Positions 37,401 through 52,400 of a stretch of DNA of 64,000 bases are shown here, piece by piece (within the stretch, counting starts at the first letter, position 1; each line of letters starts with the position of its first letter). The stretch is from Nemertoderma westbladi (Eukaryota > Animalia > Xenacoelomorpha). Under the pieces are notes generated by a model. That model searched no databases and was not told where the DNA came from. It saw only the letters and a list, made by a program, of their open reading frames with translations. A program made the position numbers and the translations under genes. The stretch lies in assembly GCA_032718475.1 (NCBI GenBank), contig JAUCBJ010007946.1:43152-107151 (forward strand). The letters run 5' to 3'.

Positions 37401-40400
37401 CTAAAGTTTAGTTATTATTTACGGGTTCCCAAACTAAAGTTTAGTTATTATTTACGGGTTCCCAAACTAAAGGTTAGTTATTATTTACGGGTTCCCAAAC
37501 TATAGGTTGGTTATTATTTACGGGTTCCCAAACTAAAGGTTAGTTATTATTTACGGGTTCCCAAACTAAAGGTTAGTTATTATTTACGGGTTCCCAAACT
37601 ATAGGTTGGTTATTATTTACGGGTTCCCAAACTAAAGGTTAGTTATTATTTACGGGTTCCCAAACTAAAGGTTGGTTATTATTTACGGGTTCCCAAACTA
37701 AAGGTTAGTTATTATTTACGGGTTCCCAAACTAAAGGTTAGTTATTATTTACGGGTTCCCAAACTATAGGTTGGTTATTATTTACGGGTTCCCAAACTAA
37801 AGGTTGGTTATTATTTACGGGTTCCCAAACTAAAGGTTAGTTATTATTTACGGGTTCCCAAACTAAAGGTTAGTTATTATTTACGGGTTCCCAAACTAAA
37901 GTTTAGTTATTATTTACGGGTTCCCAAACTAAAGGTTAGTTATTATTTACGGGTTCCCAAACTAAAGGTTAGTTATTATTTACGGGTTCCCAAACTAAAG
38001 GTTAGTTATTATTTACGGGTTCCCAAACGTTATTATTTACGGGTTCCCAAACTAAAGGTTGGTTATTATATTAACGGGTTCCCAAACTAAAGTTTAGTTA
38101 TTATTTACGGGTTCCCAAACTAAAGGTTAGTTATTATTTACGGGTTCCCAAACTAAAGGTTAGTTATTATTTACGGGTTCCCAAACTATAGGTTAGTTAT
38201 TATTTACGGGTTCCCAAACTAAAGTTTAGTTATTATTTACGGATTCCCAAACTAAAGGTTAGTTATTATTTACGGGTTCCCAAACTAAAGTTTGGTTATT
38301 ATTTACGGGTTCCCAAACTAAAGTTTAGTTATTATTTACGGGTTCCCAAACTAAAGGTTAGTTATTATTTACGGGTTCCCAAACTATAGGTTGGTTATTA
38401 TTTACGGGTTCCCAAACTAAAGGTTAGTTATTATTTACGGGTTCCCAAACTAAAGGTTGGTTATTATTTACGGGTTCCCAAACTAAAGGTTAGTTATTAT
38501 TTACGGGTTCCCAAACTAAAGGTTAGTTATTATTTACGGGTTCCCAAACTAAAGGTTAGTTATTATTTACGGGTTCCCAAACGTTATTATTTACGGGTTC
38601 CCAAACTAAAGGTTAGTTATTATTTACGGGTTCCCAAACTAAAGGTTAGTTATTATTTACGGGTTCCCAAACTAAAGGTTAGTTATTATTTACGGGTTCC
38701 CAAACTATAGGTTAGTTATTATTTACGGGTTCCCAAACTAAAGTTTAGTTATTATTTACGGATTCCCAAACTAAAGGTTAGTTATTATTTACGGGTTCCC
38801 AAACTAAAGTTTGGTTATTATTTACGGGTTCCCAAACTAAAGTTTAGTTATTATTTACGGGTTCCCAAACTAAAGGTTAGTTATTATTTACGGGTTCCCA
38901 AACTATAGGTTGGTTATTATTTACGGGTTCCCAAACTAAAGGTTAGTTATTATTTACGGGTTCCCAAACTAAAGGTTGGTTATTATTTACGGGTTCCCAA
39001 ACTAAAGGTTAGTTATTATTTACGGGTTCCCAAACTAAAGGTTAGTTATTATTTACGGGTTCCCAAACTAAAGGTTAGTTATTATTTACGGGTTCCCAAA
39101 CGTTATTATTTACGGGTTCCCAAACTAAAGGTTAGTTATTATTTACGGGTTCCCAAACTATAGGTTGGTTATTATTTACGGGTTCCCAAACTAAAGGTTG
39201 GTTATTATTTACGGGTTCCCAAACTAAAGGTTAGTTATTATTTACGGGTTCCCAAACTAAAGGTTAGTTATTATTTACGGGTTCCCAAACTAAAGGTTAG
39301 TTATTATTTACGGGTTCCCAAACTAAAGGTTAGTTATTATTTACGGGTTCCCAAACGTTATTATTTACGGGTTCCCAAACTAAAGGTTGGTTATTATTTA
39401 CGGGTTCCCAAACTAAAGTTTGGTTATTATATTTACGGGTTCCCAAACTAAAGGTTGGTTATTATATTTACGGGTTCCCAAACTAAAGTTTGGTTATTAT
39501 ATTTACGGGTTCCCAAACTAAAGGTTGGTTATTATTTACGGGTTCCCAAACTAAAGTTTGGTTATTATATTTACGGGTTCCCAAACTAAAGGTTAGTTAT
39601 TATATTTACGGGTTCCCAAACTAAAGGTTAGTTATTATTTACGGGTTCCCAAACTAAAGGTTAGTTATTATATTTACGGGTTCCCAAACTAAAGGTTAGT
39701 TATTATTTACGGGTTCCCAAACTAAAGGTTAGTTATTATTTACGGGTTCCCAAACTAAAGGTTGGTTATTATTTACGGGTTCCCAAACGTTATTATTTAC
39801 GGGTTCCCAAACTAAAGTTTAGTTATTATTTACGGGTTCCCAAACTAAAGGTTAGTTATTATTTACGGGTTCCCAAACTAAAGGTTAGTTATTATTTACG
39901 GGTTCCCAAACTAAAGGTTAGTTATTATTTACGGGTTCCCAAACGTTATTATTTACGGGTTCCCAAACTAAAGGTTGGTTATTATTTACGGGTTCCCAAA
40001 CTAAAGGTTAGTTATTATTTACGGGTTCCCAAACTAAAGGTTAGTTATTATTTACGGGTTCCCAAACTAAAGGTTAGTTATTATTTACGGGTTCCCAAAC
40101 TAAAGGTTAGTTATTATTTACGGGTTCCCAAACTATAGGTTAGTTATTATTTACGGGTTCCCAAACTAAAGTTTAGTTATTATTTACGGATTCCCAAACT
40201 AAAGGTTAGTTATTATTTACGGGTTCCCAAACTAAAGTTTGGTTATTATTTACGGGTTCCCAAACTAAAGTTTAGTTATTATTTACGGGTTCCAAAATTA
40301 AAGGTTAGTTATTATTTACGGGTTCCCAAACTATAGGTTGGTTATTATTTACGGGTTCCCAAACTAAAGGTTAGTTATTATTTACGGGTTCCCAAACTAA

Positions 40401-43400
40401 AGGTTGGTTATTATTTACGGGTTCCCAAACTAAAGGTTAGTTATTATTTACGGGTTCCCAAACTAAAGGTTAGTTATTATTTACGGGTTCCCAAACTAAA
40501 GGTTAGTTATTATTTACGGGTTCCCAAACTAAAGGTTAGTTATTATTTACGGGTTCCCAAACTAAAGTTTAGTTATTATTTACGGGTTCCAAAATTAAAG
40601 GTTAGTTATTATTTACGGGTTCCCAAACTATAGGTTGGTTATTATTTACGGGTTCCCAAACTAAAGGTTAGTTATTATTTACGGGTTCCCAAACTAAAGG
40701 TTGGTTATTATTTACGGGTTCCCAAACTAAAGGTTAGTTATTATTTACGGGTTCCCAAACTAAAGGTTAGTTATTATTTACGGGTTCCCAAACTAAAGGT
40801 TGGTTATTATTTACGGGTTCCCAAACTAAAGGTTAGTTATTATTTACGGGTTCCCAAACTAAAGGTTGGTTATTATTTACGGGTTCCCAAACTAAAGGTT
40901 AGTTATTATTTACGGGTTCCCAAACTAAAGGTTGGTTATTATTTACGGGTTCCCAAACTAAAGGTTAGTTATTATTTACGGATTCCCAAACTAAAGGTTG
41001 GTTATTATATTTACGGATTCCCAAACTAAAGGTTGGTTATTATTTACGGGTTCCCAAACTAAAGGTTAGTTATTATTTACGGGTTCCCAAACTAAAGGTT
41101 GGTTATTATTTACGGGTTCCCAAACTAAAGGTTAGTTATTATTTACGGATTCCCAAACTAAAGGTTGGTTATTATATTTACGGGTTCCCAAACTAAAGGT
41201 TGGTTATTATTTACGGCTTCCCAAACTAAAGTATAGTTATTATTTACGGGTTCCCAAACTAAAGGTTAGTTATTATTTACGGGTTCCCAAACTAAAGGTT
41301 AGTTATTATTTACGGGTTCCCAAACTAAAGGTTAGTTATTATTTACGGGTTCCCAAACTATAGGTTGGTTATTATTTACGGGTTCCCAAACTAAAGGTTG
41401 GTTATTATTTACGGGTTCCCAAACTAAAGGTTAGTTATTATTTACGGGTTCCCAAACTAAAGGTTAGTTATTATTTACGGGTTCCCAAACTAAAGGTTAG
41501 TTATTATTTACGGGTTCCCAAACTAAAGGTTGGTTATTATTTACGGGTTCCCAAACTAAAGGTTAGTTATTATTTACGGGTTCCCAAACTAAAGTATAGT
41601 TATTATTTACGGGTTCCCAAACTAAAGGTTAGTTATTATTTACGGGTTCCCAAACTAAAGTTTAGTTATTATTTACGGGTTCCCAAACTAAAGGTTAGTT
41701 ATTATTTACGGGTTCCCAAACTAAAGGTTAGTTATTATTTACGGGTTCCCAAACTAAAGGTTGGTTATTATTTACGGGTTCCCAAACTATAGGTTGGTTA
41801 TTATTTACGGGTTCCCAAACTAAAGGTTAGTTATTATTTACGGGTTCCCAAACTAAAGGTTGGTTATTATTTACGGGTTCCCAAACTAAAGGTTAGTTAT
41901 TATTTACGGGTTCCCAAACTAAAGGTTGGTTATTATTTACGGGTTCCCAAACTATAGGTTGGTTATTATTTACGGGTTCCCAAACTAAAGGTTGGTTATT
42001 ATTTACGGGTTCCCAAACTATAGGTTGGTTATTATTTACGGGTTCCCAAACTAAAGGTTAGTTATTATTTACGGGTTCCCAAACTAAAGGTTGGTTATTA
42101 TTTACGGGTTCCCAAACTAAAGGTTAATTATTATTTACGGGTTCCCAAACTAAAGGTTAGTTATTATTTACGGGTTCCCAACCTAAAGGTTGGTTATTAT
42201 TTACGGGTTCCCAAACTAAAGTTTGGTTATTATTTACGGGTTCCCAAACTAAAGGTTGGTTATTATTTACGGGTTCCCAAACTAAAGTTTGGTTATTATT
42301 TACGGGTTCCCAAACTAAAGGTTAGTTATTATTTACGGGTTCCCAAACTATAGGTTAGTTATTATTTACGGGTTCCCAAACTAAAGTTTAGTTATTATTT
42401 ACGGATTCCCAAACTAAAGGTTAGTTATTATTTACGGGTTCCCAAACTAAAGGTTGGTTATTATTTACGGGTTCCCAAACTAAAGGTTAGTTATTATTTA
42501 CGGGTTCCCAAACTAAAGGTTAGTTATTATTTACGGGTTCCCAAACTAAAGGTTAGTTATTATTTACGGGTTCCCAAACTATAGGTTGGTTATTATTTAC
42601 GGGTTCCCAAACTAAAGGTTGGTTATTATTTACGGGTTCCCAAACTAAAGGTTAGTTATTATTTACGGGTTCCCAAACTAAAGGTTAGTTATTATTTACG
42701 GGTTCCCAAACTATAGGTTGGTTATTATTTACGGGTTCCCAAACTAAAGGTTAGTTATTATTTACGGGTTCCCAAACTATAGGTTGGTTATTATTTACGG
42801 GTTCCCAAACTAAAGGTTAGTTATTATTTACGGGTTCCCAAACTAAAGTTTAGTTAATATTTACGGGTTCCCAAACTATAGGTTGGTTATTATTTACGGG
42901 TTCCCAAACTAAAGGTTAGTTATTATTTACGGGTTCCCAAACTATAGGTTGGTTATTATTTACGGGTTCCCAAACTAAAGGTTGGTTATTATTTACGGGT
43001 TCCCAAACTATAGGTTGGTTATTATTTACGGGTTCCCAAACTAAAGGTTAGTTATTATTTACGGGTTCCCAAACTATAGGTTGGTTATTATTTACGGGTT
43101 CCCAAACTAAAGGTTGGTTATTATTTACGGGTTCCCAAACTAAAGGTTAGTTATTATTTACGGGTTCCCAAACTAAAGTATAGTTATTATTTACGGGTTC
43201 CCAAACTATAGGTTAGTTATTATTTACGGGTTCCCAAACTAAAGGTTAGTTATTATTTACGGGTTCCCAAAATATAGGTTGGTTATTATTTACGGGTTCC
43301 CAAACTATAGGTTGGTTATTATTTACGGGTTCCCAAACTAAAGGTTGGTTATTATTTACGGGTTCCCAAACTAAAGGTTAGTTATTATTTACGGGTTCCC

Positions 43401-46400
43401 AAACTAAAGGTTGGTTATTATTTACGGGTTCCCAAACTAAAGGTTGGTTATTATTTACGGGTTCCCAAACTAAAGGTTAGTTATTATTTACGGGTTCCCA
43501 AACTAAAGGTTAGTTATTATTTACGGGTTCCCAAACTATAGGTTGGTTATTATTTACGGGTTCCCAAACTAAAGGTTGGTTATTATTTACGGGTTCCCAA
43601 ACTAAAGGTTAGTTATTATTTACGGGTTCCCAAACTATAGGTTGGTTATTATTTACGGGTTCCCAAACTAAAGGTTGGTTATTATTTACTGGTTCCCAAA
43701 CTAAAGGTTAGTTATTATTTACGGGTTCCCAAACTATAGGTTGGTTATTATTTACGGGTTCCCAAACTAAAGGTTGGTTATTATTTACGGGTTCCCAAAC
43801 TAAAGGTTAGTTATTATTTACGGGTTCCCAAACTAAAGTATAGTTATTATTTACGGGTTCCCAAACTATAGGTTAGTTATTATTTACGGGTTCCCAAACT
43901 AAAGGTTAGTTATTATTTACGGGTTCCCAAAATATAGGTTGGTTATTATTTACGGGTTCCCAAACTATAGTTTGGTTATTATTTACGGGTTCCCAAACTA
44001 AAGGTTGGTTATTATTTACGGGTTCCCAAACTAAAGGTTAGTTATTATTTACGGGTTCCCAAACTAAAGGTTGGTTATTATTTACGGGTTCCCAAACTAA
44101 AGGTTGGTTATTATTTACGGGTTCCCAAACTAAAGGTTGGTTATTATTTACGGGTTCCCAAACTATAGGTTAGTTATTATTTACGGGTTCCCAAACTAAA
44201 GGTTAGTTATTATTTACGGGTTCCCAAACTATAGGTTGGTTATTATTTACGGGTTCCCAAACTAAAGGTTAGTTATTATTTACGGGTTCCCAAACTATAG
44301 GTTGGTTATTATTTACGGGTTCCCAAACTAAAGGTTGGTTATTATTTACGGGTTCCCAAACTAAAGGTTAGTTATTATTTACGGGTTCCCAAACTAAAGG
44401 TTAGTTATTATTTACGGGTTCCCAAACTAAAGTATAGTTATTATTTACGGGTTCCCAAACTATAGGTTGGTTATTATTTACGGGTTCCCAAACTAAAGGT
44501 TAGTTATTATTTACGGGTTCCCAAACTATAGGTTGGTTATTATTTACGGGTTCCCAAACTAAAGGTTAGTTATTATTTACGGGTTCCCAAACTAAAGTAT
44601 AGTTATTATTTACGGGTTCCCAAACTATACGTTGGTTATTATTTACGGGTTCCCAAACTAAAGGTTAGTTATTATTTACGGGTTCCCAAACTATAGGTTG
44701 GTTATTATTTACGGGTTCCCAAACTATAGGTTGGTTATTATTTACGGGTTCCCAAACTAAAGGTTAGTTATTATTTACGGGTTCCCAAACTAAAGTATAG
44801 TTATTATTTACGGGTTCCCAAACTAAAGGTTAGTTATTATTTACGGGTTCCCAAACTAAAGTATAGTTATTATTTACGGGTTCCCAAACTATAGGTTGGT
44901 TATTATTTACGGGTTCCCAAACTAAAGGTTAGTTATTATTTACGGGTTCCCAAACTAAAGTATAGTTATTATTTACGGGTTCCCAAACTATAGGTTGGTT
45001 ATTATTTACGGGTTCCCAAACTAAAGGTTAGTTATTATTTACGGGTTCCCAAACTATAGGTTGGTTATTATTTACGGGTTCCCAAACTATAGGTTGGTTA
45101 TTATTTACGGGTTCCCAAACTAAAGTATAGTTATTATTTACGGGTTCCCAAACTATAGGTTGGTTATTATTTACGGGTTCCCAAACTAAAGGTTAGTTAT
45201 TATTTACGGGTTCCCAAACTAAAGTATAGTTATTATTTACGGGTTCCCAAACTATAGGTTGGTTATTATTTACGGGTTCCCAAACTAAAGGTTGGTTATT
45301 ATTTACGGGTTCCCAAACTAAAGGTTGGTTATTATTTACGGGTTCCCAAACTAAAGGTTAGTTATTATTTACGGGTTCCCAAACTATAGGTTGGTTATTA
45401 TTTACGGGTTCCCAAACTATAGGTTGGTTATTATTTACGGGTTCCCAAACTAAAGGTTGGTTATTATTTACGGGTTCCCAAACTATAGGTTAGTTATTAT
45501 TTACGGGTTCCCAAACTAAAGGTTAGTTATTATTTACGGGTTCCCAAACTATAGGTTGGTTATTATTTACGGGTTCCCAAACTAAAGGTTAGTTATTATT
45601 TACGGGTTCCCAAACTATAGGTTGGTTATTATTTACGGGTTCCCAAACTAAAGGTTGGTTATTATTTACGGGTTCCCAAACTAAAGGTTAGTTATTATTT
45701 ACGGGTTCCCAAACTAAAGGTTAGTTATTATTTACGGGTTCCCAAACTAAAGGTTAGTTATTATTTACGGGTTCCCAAACTATAGGTTGGTTATTATTTA
45801 CGGGTTCCCAAACTATAGGTTGGTTATTATTTACGGGTTCCCAAACTAAAGGTTGGTTATTATTTACGGGTTCCCAAACTATAGGTTAGTTATTATTTAC
45901 GGGTTCCCAAACTAAAGGTTAGTTATTATTTACGGGTTCCCAAACTATAGGTTGGTTATTATTTACGGGTTCCCAAACTAAAGGTTAGTTATTATTTACG
46001 GGTTCCCAAACTATAGGTTGGTTATTATTTACGGGTTCCCAAACTAAAGGTTGGTTATTATTTACGGGTTCCCAAACTAAAGGTTAGTTATTATTTACGG
46101 GTTCCCAAACTAAAGGTTAGTTATTATTTACGGGTTCCCAAACTATAGGTTGGTTATTATTTACGGGTTCCCAAACTAAAGGTTAGTTATTATTTACGGG
46201 TTCCCAAACTATAGGTTGGTTATTATTTACGGGTTCCCAAACTAAAGGTTAGTTATTATTTACGGGTTCCCAAACTAAAGGTTAGTTATTATTTACGGGT
46301 TCCCAAACTAAAGGTTAGTTATTATTTACGGGTTCCCAAACGTTATTATTTACGGGTTCCCAAACTAAAGTTTGGTTATTATTTACGGGTTCCCAAACTA

Positions 46401-49400
46401 AAGGTTGGTTATTATTTACGGGTTCCCAAACTAAAGGTTAGTTATTATTTACGGGTTCCCAAACTAAAGGTTAGTTATTATTTACGGGTTCCCAAACTAA
46501 AGGTTAGTTATTATTTACGGGTTCCCAAACTAAAGGTTAGTTATTATTTACGGGTTCCCAAACGTTATTATTTACGGGTTCCCAAACTAAAGTTTGGTTA
46601 TTATTTACGGGTTTCCAAACTAAAGGTTAGTTATTATTTACGGGTTCCCAAACGTTATTATTTACGGGTTCCCAAACTAAAGGTTAGTTATTATTTACGG
46701 GTTCCCAAACTAAAGGTTAGTTATTATTTACGGGTTCCCAAACTAAAGGTGGGTTATTATTTACGGGTTCCCAAACTAAAGGTTAGTTATTATTTACGGG
46801 TTCCCAAACTAAAGGTTAGTTATTATTTACGGGTTCCCAAACGTTATTATTTACGGGTTCCCAAACTAAAGTTTGGTTATTATTTACGGGTTTCCAAACT
46901 AAAGGTTAGTTATTATTTACGGGTTTCCAAACTAAAGGTTAGTTATTATTTACGGGTTCCCAAACTAAAGGTTAGTTATTATTTACGGGTTCCCAAACTA
47001 TAGGTTGGTTATTATTTACGGGTTCCCAAACTAAAGTTTGGTTATTATTTACGGGTTCCCAAACTAAAGGTTAGTTATTATTTACGGGTTCCCAAACTAA
47101 AGGTTAGTTATTATTTACGGGTTCCCAAACTATAGGTTGGTTATTATTTACGGGTTCCCAAACTAAAGGTTAGTTATTATTTACGGGTTCCCAAACTATA
47201 GGTTGGTTATTATTTACGGGTTCCCAAACTAAAGTTTGGTTATTATTTACGGGTTCCCAAACTAAAGGTTAGTTATTATTTACGGGTTCCCAAACTAAAG
47301 GTTAGTTATTATTTACGGGTTCCCAAACGTTATTATTTACGGGTTCCCAAACTAAAGTTTGGTTATTATTTACGGGTTTCCAAACTAAAGGTTAGTTATT
47401 ATTTACGGGTTCCCAAACTAAAGTTTAGTTATTATTTACGGGTTCCCAAACTAAAGGTTGGTTATTATTTACGGGTTCCCAAACGTTATTATTTACGGGT
47501 TCCCAAACTAAAGTTTGGTTATTATATTTACGGGTTCCCAAACTAAAGTTTAGTTATTATTTACGGGTTTCCAAACTAAAGGTTAGTTATTATTTACGGG
47601 TTCCCAAACTAAAGGTTAGTTATTATTTACGGGTTCCCAAACTAAAGGTTAGTTATTATTTACGGGTTCCCAAACTATAGGTTGGTTATTATTTACGGGT
47701 TCCCAAACTAAAGGTTGGTTATTATTTACGGGTTCCCAAACTAAAGGTTAGTTATTATTTACGGGTTCCCAAACTAAAGGTTAGTTATTATTTACGGGTT
47801 CCCAAACTAAAGTTTAGTTATTATTTACGGGTTCCGAAACTAAAGGTTAGTTATTATTTACGGGTTCCCAAACTAAAGTTTGGTTATTATTTACGGGTTC
47901 CCAAACTATAGGTTAGTTATTATTTACGGGTTCCCAAACTAAAGGTTAGTTATTATTTACGGGTTCCCAAACTAAAGGTTAGTTATTATTTACGGGTTCC
48001 CAAACTAAAGGTTAGTTATTATTTACGGGTTCCCAAACTAAAGGTTAGTTATTATTTACGGGTTCCCAAACTATAGGTTGGTTATTATTTACGGGTTCCC
48101 AAACTAAAGGTTAGTTATTATTTACGGGTTCCCAAACTAAAGGTTAGTTATTATTTACGGGTTCCCAAACTAAAGTTTGGTTATTATTTACGGGTTCCCA
48201 AACTAAAGGTTAGTTATTATTTACGGGTTCCAGAACTAAAGGTTAGTTATTATTTACGGGTTCCCAAACTAAAGTTTAGTTATTATTTACGGGTTCCCAA
48301 ACTAAAGGTTAGTTATTATTTACGGGTTCCCAAACTAAATGTTAGTTATTATTTACGGGTTCCCAAACTAAAGGTTAGTTATTATTTACGGGTTCCCAAA
48401 CTAAAGGTTAGTTATTATTTACGGGTTCCCAAACTAAAGGTTAGTTATTATTTACGGGTTCCCAAACTAAATGTTAGTTATTATTTACGGGTTCCCAAAC
48501 TAAAGGTTAGTTATTATTTACGGGTTCCCAAACGTTATTATTTACGGGTTCCCAAACTAAAGTTTGGTTATTATTTACGGGTTCCCAAACTAAAGGTTAG
48601 TTATTATTTACGGGTTCCCAAACTATAGGTTGGTTATTATTTACGGGTTCCCAAACTAAAGGTTAGTTATTATTTACGGGTTCCAGAACTAAAGGTTAGT
48701 TATTATTTACGGGTTCCCAAACTAAAGGTTAGTTATTATTTACGGGTTCCCAAACTAAAGGTTAGTTATTATTTACGGGTTCCAGAACTAAAGGTTAGTT
48801 ATTATTTACGGGTTCCCAAACTAAAGTTTAGTTATTATTTACGGGTTCCCAAACTAAAGGTTAGTTATTATATTTACGGGTTCCCAAACTAAAGGTTAGT
48901 TATTATTTACGGGTTCCCAAACTAAAGGTTAGTTATTATTTACGGGTTCCCAAACTAAAGGTTAGTTATTATTTACGGGTTCCCAAACTAAAGGTTAGTT
49001 ATTATTTACGGGTTCCCAAACTAAAGGTTGATTATTATATTTACGGGTTCCCAAACTAAAGGTTAGTTATTATTTACGGGTTCCCAAACGTTATTATTTA
49101 CGGGTTCCCAAACTATAGGTTGGTTATTATTTACGGGTTCCCAAACTAAAGGTTAGTTATTATTTACGGGTTCCAGAACTAAAGGTTAGTTATTATTTAC
49201 GGGTTCCCAAACTAAAGGTTAGTTATTATTTACGGGTTCCCAAACTAAAGGTTAGTTATTATTTACGGGTTCCCAAACTATAGGTTGGTTATTATTTACG
49301 GGTTCCCAAACTAAAGGTTAGTTATTATTTACGGGTTCCAGAACTAAAGGTTAGTTATTATTTACGGGTTCCCAAACTAAAGGTTAGTTATTATTTACGG

Positions 49401-52400
49401 GTTCCCAAACTAAAGGTTAGTTATTATTTACGGGTTCCAGAACTAAAGGTTAGTTATTATTTACGGGTTCCCAAACTAAAGTTTAGTTATTATTTACGGG
49501 TTCCCAAACTAAAGGTTAGTTATTATATTTACGGGTTCCCAAACTAAAGGTTGGTTATTATTTACGGGTTCCCAAACTAAAGGTTAGTTATTATTTACGG
49601 GTTCCCAAACTATAGGTTAGTTATTATTTACGGGTTCCCAAACTAAAGGTTAGTTATTATTTACGGGTTCCCAAACTATAGGTTGGTTATTATTTACGGG
49701 TTTCCAAACTAAAGGTTAGTTATTATTTACGGGTTCCCAAACTAAAGGTTAGTTATTATTTACGGGTTCCCAAACTAAAGTTTGGTTATTATATTTACGG
49801 GTTCCCAAACTAAAGTTTAGTTATTATTTACGGGTTCCCAAACTAAAGGTTAGTTATTATTTACGGGTTCCCAAACTAAAGTTTGGTTATTATATTTACG
49901 GGTTCCCAAACTAAAGGTTGGTTATTATTTACGGGTTCCCAAACTAAAGTTTGGTTATTATATTTACGGGTTCCCAAACTAAAGGTTGGTTATTATTTAC
50001 GGGTTCCCAAACTATAGGTTGGTTATTATTTACGGGTTTCCAAACTAAAGGTTAGTTATTATTTACGGGTTCCCAAACTAAAGGTTAGTTATTATTTACG
50101 GGTTCCCAAACTAAAGGTTAGTTATTATTTACGGGTTCCCAAACGTTATTATTTACGGGTTCCCAAACTAAAGGTTGGTTATTATTTACGGGTTCCCAAA
50201 CTAAAGTTTGGTTATTATATTTACGGGTTCCCAAACTAAAGGTTGGTTATTATTTACGGGTTCCCAAACTAAAGTTTGGTTATTATATTTACGGGTTCCC
50301 AAACTAAAGGTTGGTTATTATTTACGGGTTCCCAAACTAAAGGTTAGTTATTATTTACGGGTTCCCAAACTAAAGGTTGGTTATTATATTTACGGGTTCC
50401 CAAACTAAAGGTTGGTTATTATTTACGGGTTCCCAAACTAAAGGTTAGTTATTATTTACGGGTTTCCAAACTAAAGGTTAGTTATTATTTACGGGTTCCC
50501 AAACTAAAGGTTAGTTATTATTTACGGGTTCCCAAACTAAAGGTTAGTTATTATTTACGGGTTCCCAAACTAAAGGTTAGTTATTATTTACGGGTTCCCA
50601 AACTAAAGGTTAGTTATTATTTACGGGTTCCCAAACTAAAGGTTAGTTATTATTTACGGGTTCCCAAACTAAAGGTTGGTTATTATTTACGGGTTCCCAA
50701 ACTAAAGGTTAGTTATTATTTACGGGTTCCCAAACTAAAGGTTAGTTATTATTTACGGGTTTCCAAACTAAAGGTTAGTTATTATTTACGGGTTCCCAAA
50801 CTAAAGGTTAGTTATTATTTACGGGTTCCCAAACTAAAGGTTAGTTATTATTTACGGGTTCCCAAACTAAAGGTTAGTTATTATTTACGGGTTCCCAAAC
50901 TAAAGGTTAGTTATTATTTACGGGTTCCCAAACTAAAGGTTAGTTATTATTTACGGATTCCCAAACTAAAGGTTAGTTATTATTTACGGGTTCCCAAACT
51001 AAAGGTTGGTTATTATTTACGGGTTCCCAAACTAAAGTTTGGTTATTATTTACGGGTTCCCAAACTAAAGGTTGGTTATTATTTACGGGTTCCCAAAACT
51101 AAAGGTTAGTTATTATTTACGGGTTCCCAAACTAAAGGTTAGTTATTATTTACGGGCTCCCAAACTAAGGGTTAGTTATTATTTACGGGTTCCCAAACTA
51201 AAGGTTGGTTATTATTTACGGGTTCCCAAACTAAAGGTTGGTTATTATATTTACGGGTTCCCAAACTAAAGTTTAGTTATTATTTACGGGTTCCCAAACT
51301 AAAGGTTAGTTATTATTTACGGGTTCCCAAACTAAAGGTTAGTTATTATTTACGGGTTCCCAAACTAAAGGTTGGTTATTATTTACGGGTTCCCAAACTA
51401 AAGTATAGTTATTATTTACGGGTTCCCAAACTAAAGTATAGTTATTATTTACGGGTTCCCAAACTAAAGGTTAGTTATTATTTACGGGTTCCCAAACTAA
51501 AGGTTAGTTATTATTTACGGGTTCCCAAACTAAAGGTTAGTTATTATTTACGGGTTCCCAAACTAAAGGTTGGTTATTATTTACGGGTTCCCAAACTAAA
51601 GGTTAGTTATTATTTACGGGTTCCCAAACTAAAGGTTAGTTATTATTTACGGGTTCCCAAACTAAAGGTTAGTTATTATTTACGGGTTCCCAAACTAAAG
51701 GTTGGTTATTATTTACGGGTTCCCAAACTAAAGTATAGTTATTATTTACGGGTTCCCAAACTAAAGTTTAGTTATTATTTACGGGTTCCCAAACTAAAGG
51801 TTAGTTATTATTTACGGGTTCCCAAACTAAAGGTTGGTTATTATTTACGGGTTCCCAAACTAAAGGTTAGTTATTATTTACGGGTTCCCAAACTAAAGGT
51901 TGGTTATTATTTACGGGTTCCCAAACTAAAGGTTAGTTATTATTTACGGGTTCCCAAACTAAAGGTTAGTTATTATTTACGGGTTCCCAAACTAAAGGTT
52001 GGTTATTATTTACGGGTTCCCAAACTAAAGGTTAGTTATTATTTACGGGTTCCCAAACTAAAGGTTGGTTATTATTTACGGGTTCCCAAACTAAAGTATA
52101 GTTATTATTTACGGGTTCCCAAACTAAAGTTTAGTTATTATTTACGGGTTCCCAAACTAAAGGTTAGTTATTATTTACGGGTTCCCAAACTAAAGGTTGG
52201 TTATTATTTACGGGTTCCCAAACTAAAGGTTAGTTATTATTTACGGGTTCCCAAACTAAAGGTTGGTTATTATTTACGGGTTCCCAAACTAAAGGTTAGT
52301 TATTATTTACGGGTTCCCAAACTAAAGGTTAGTTATTATTTACGGGTTCCCAAACTAAAGGTTGGTTATTATATTTACGGGTTCCCAAACTAAAGGTTGG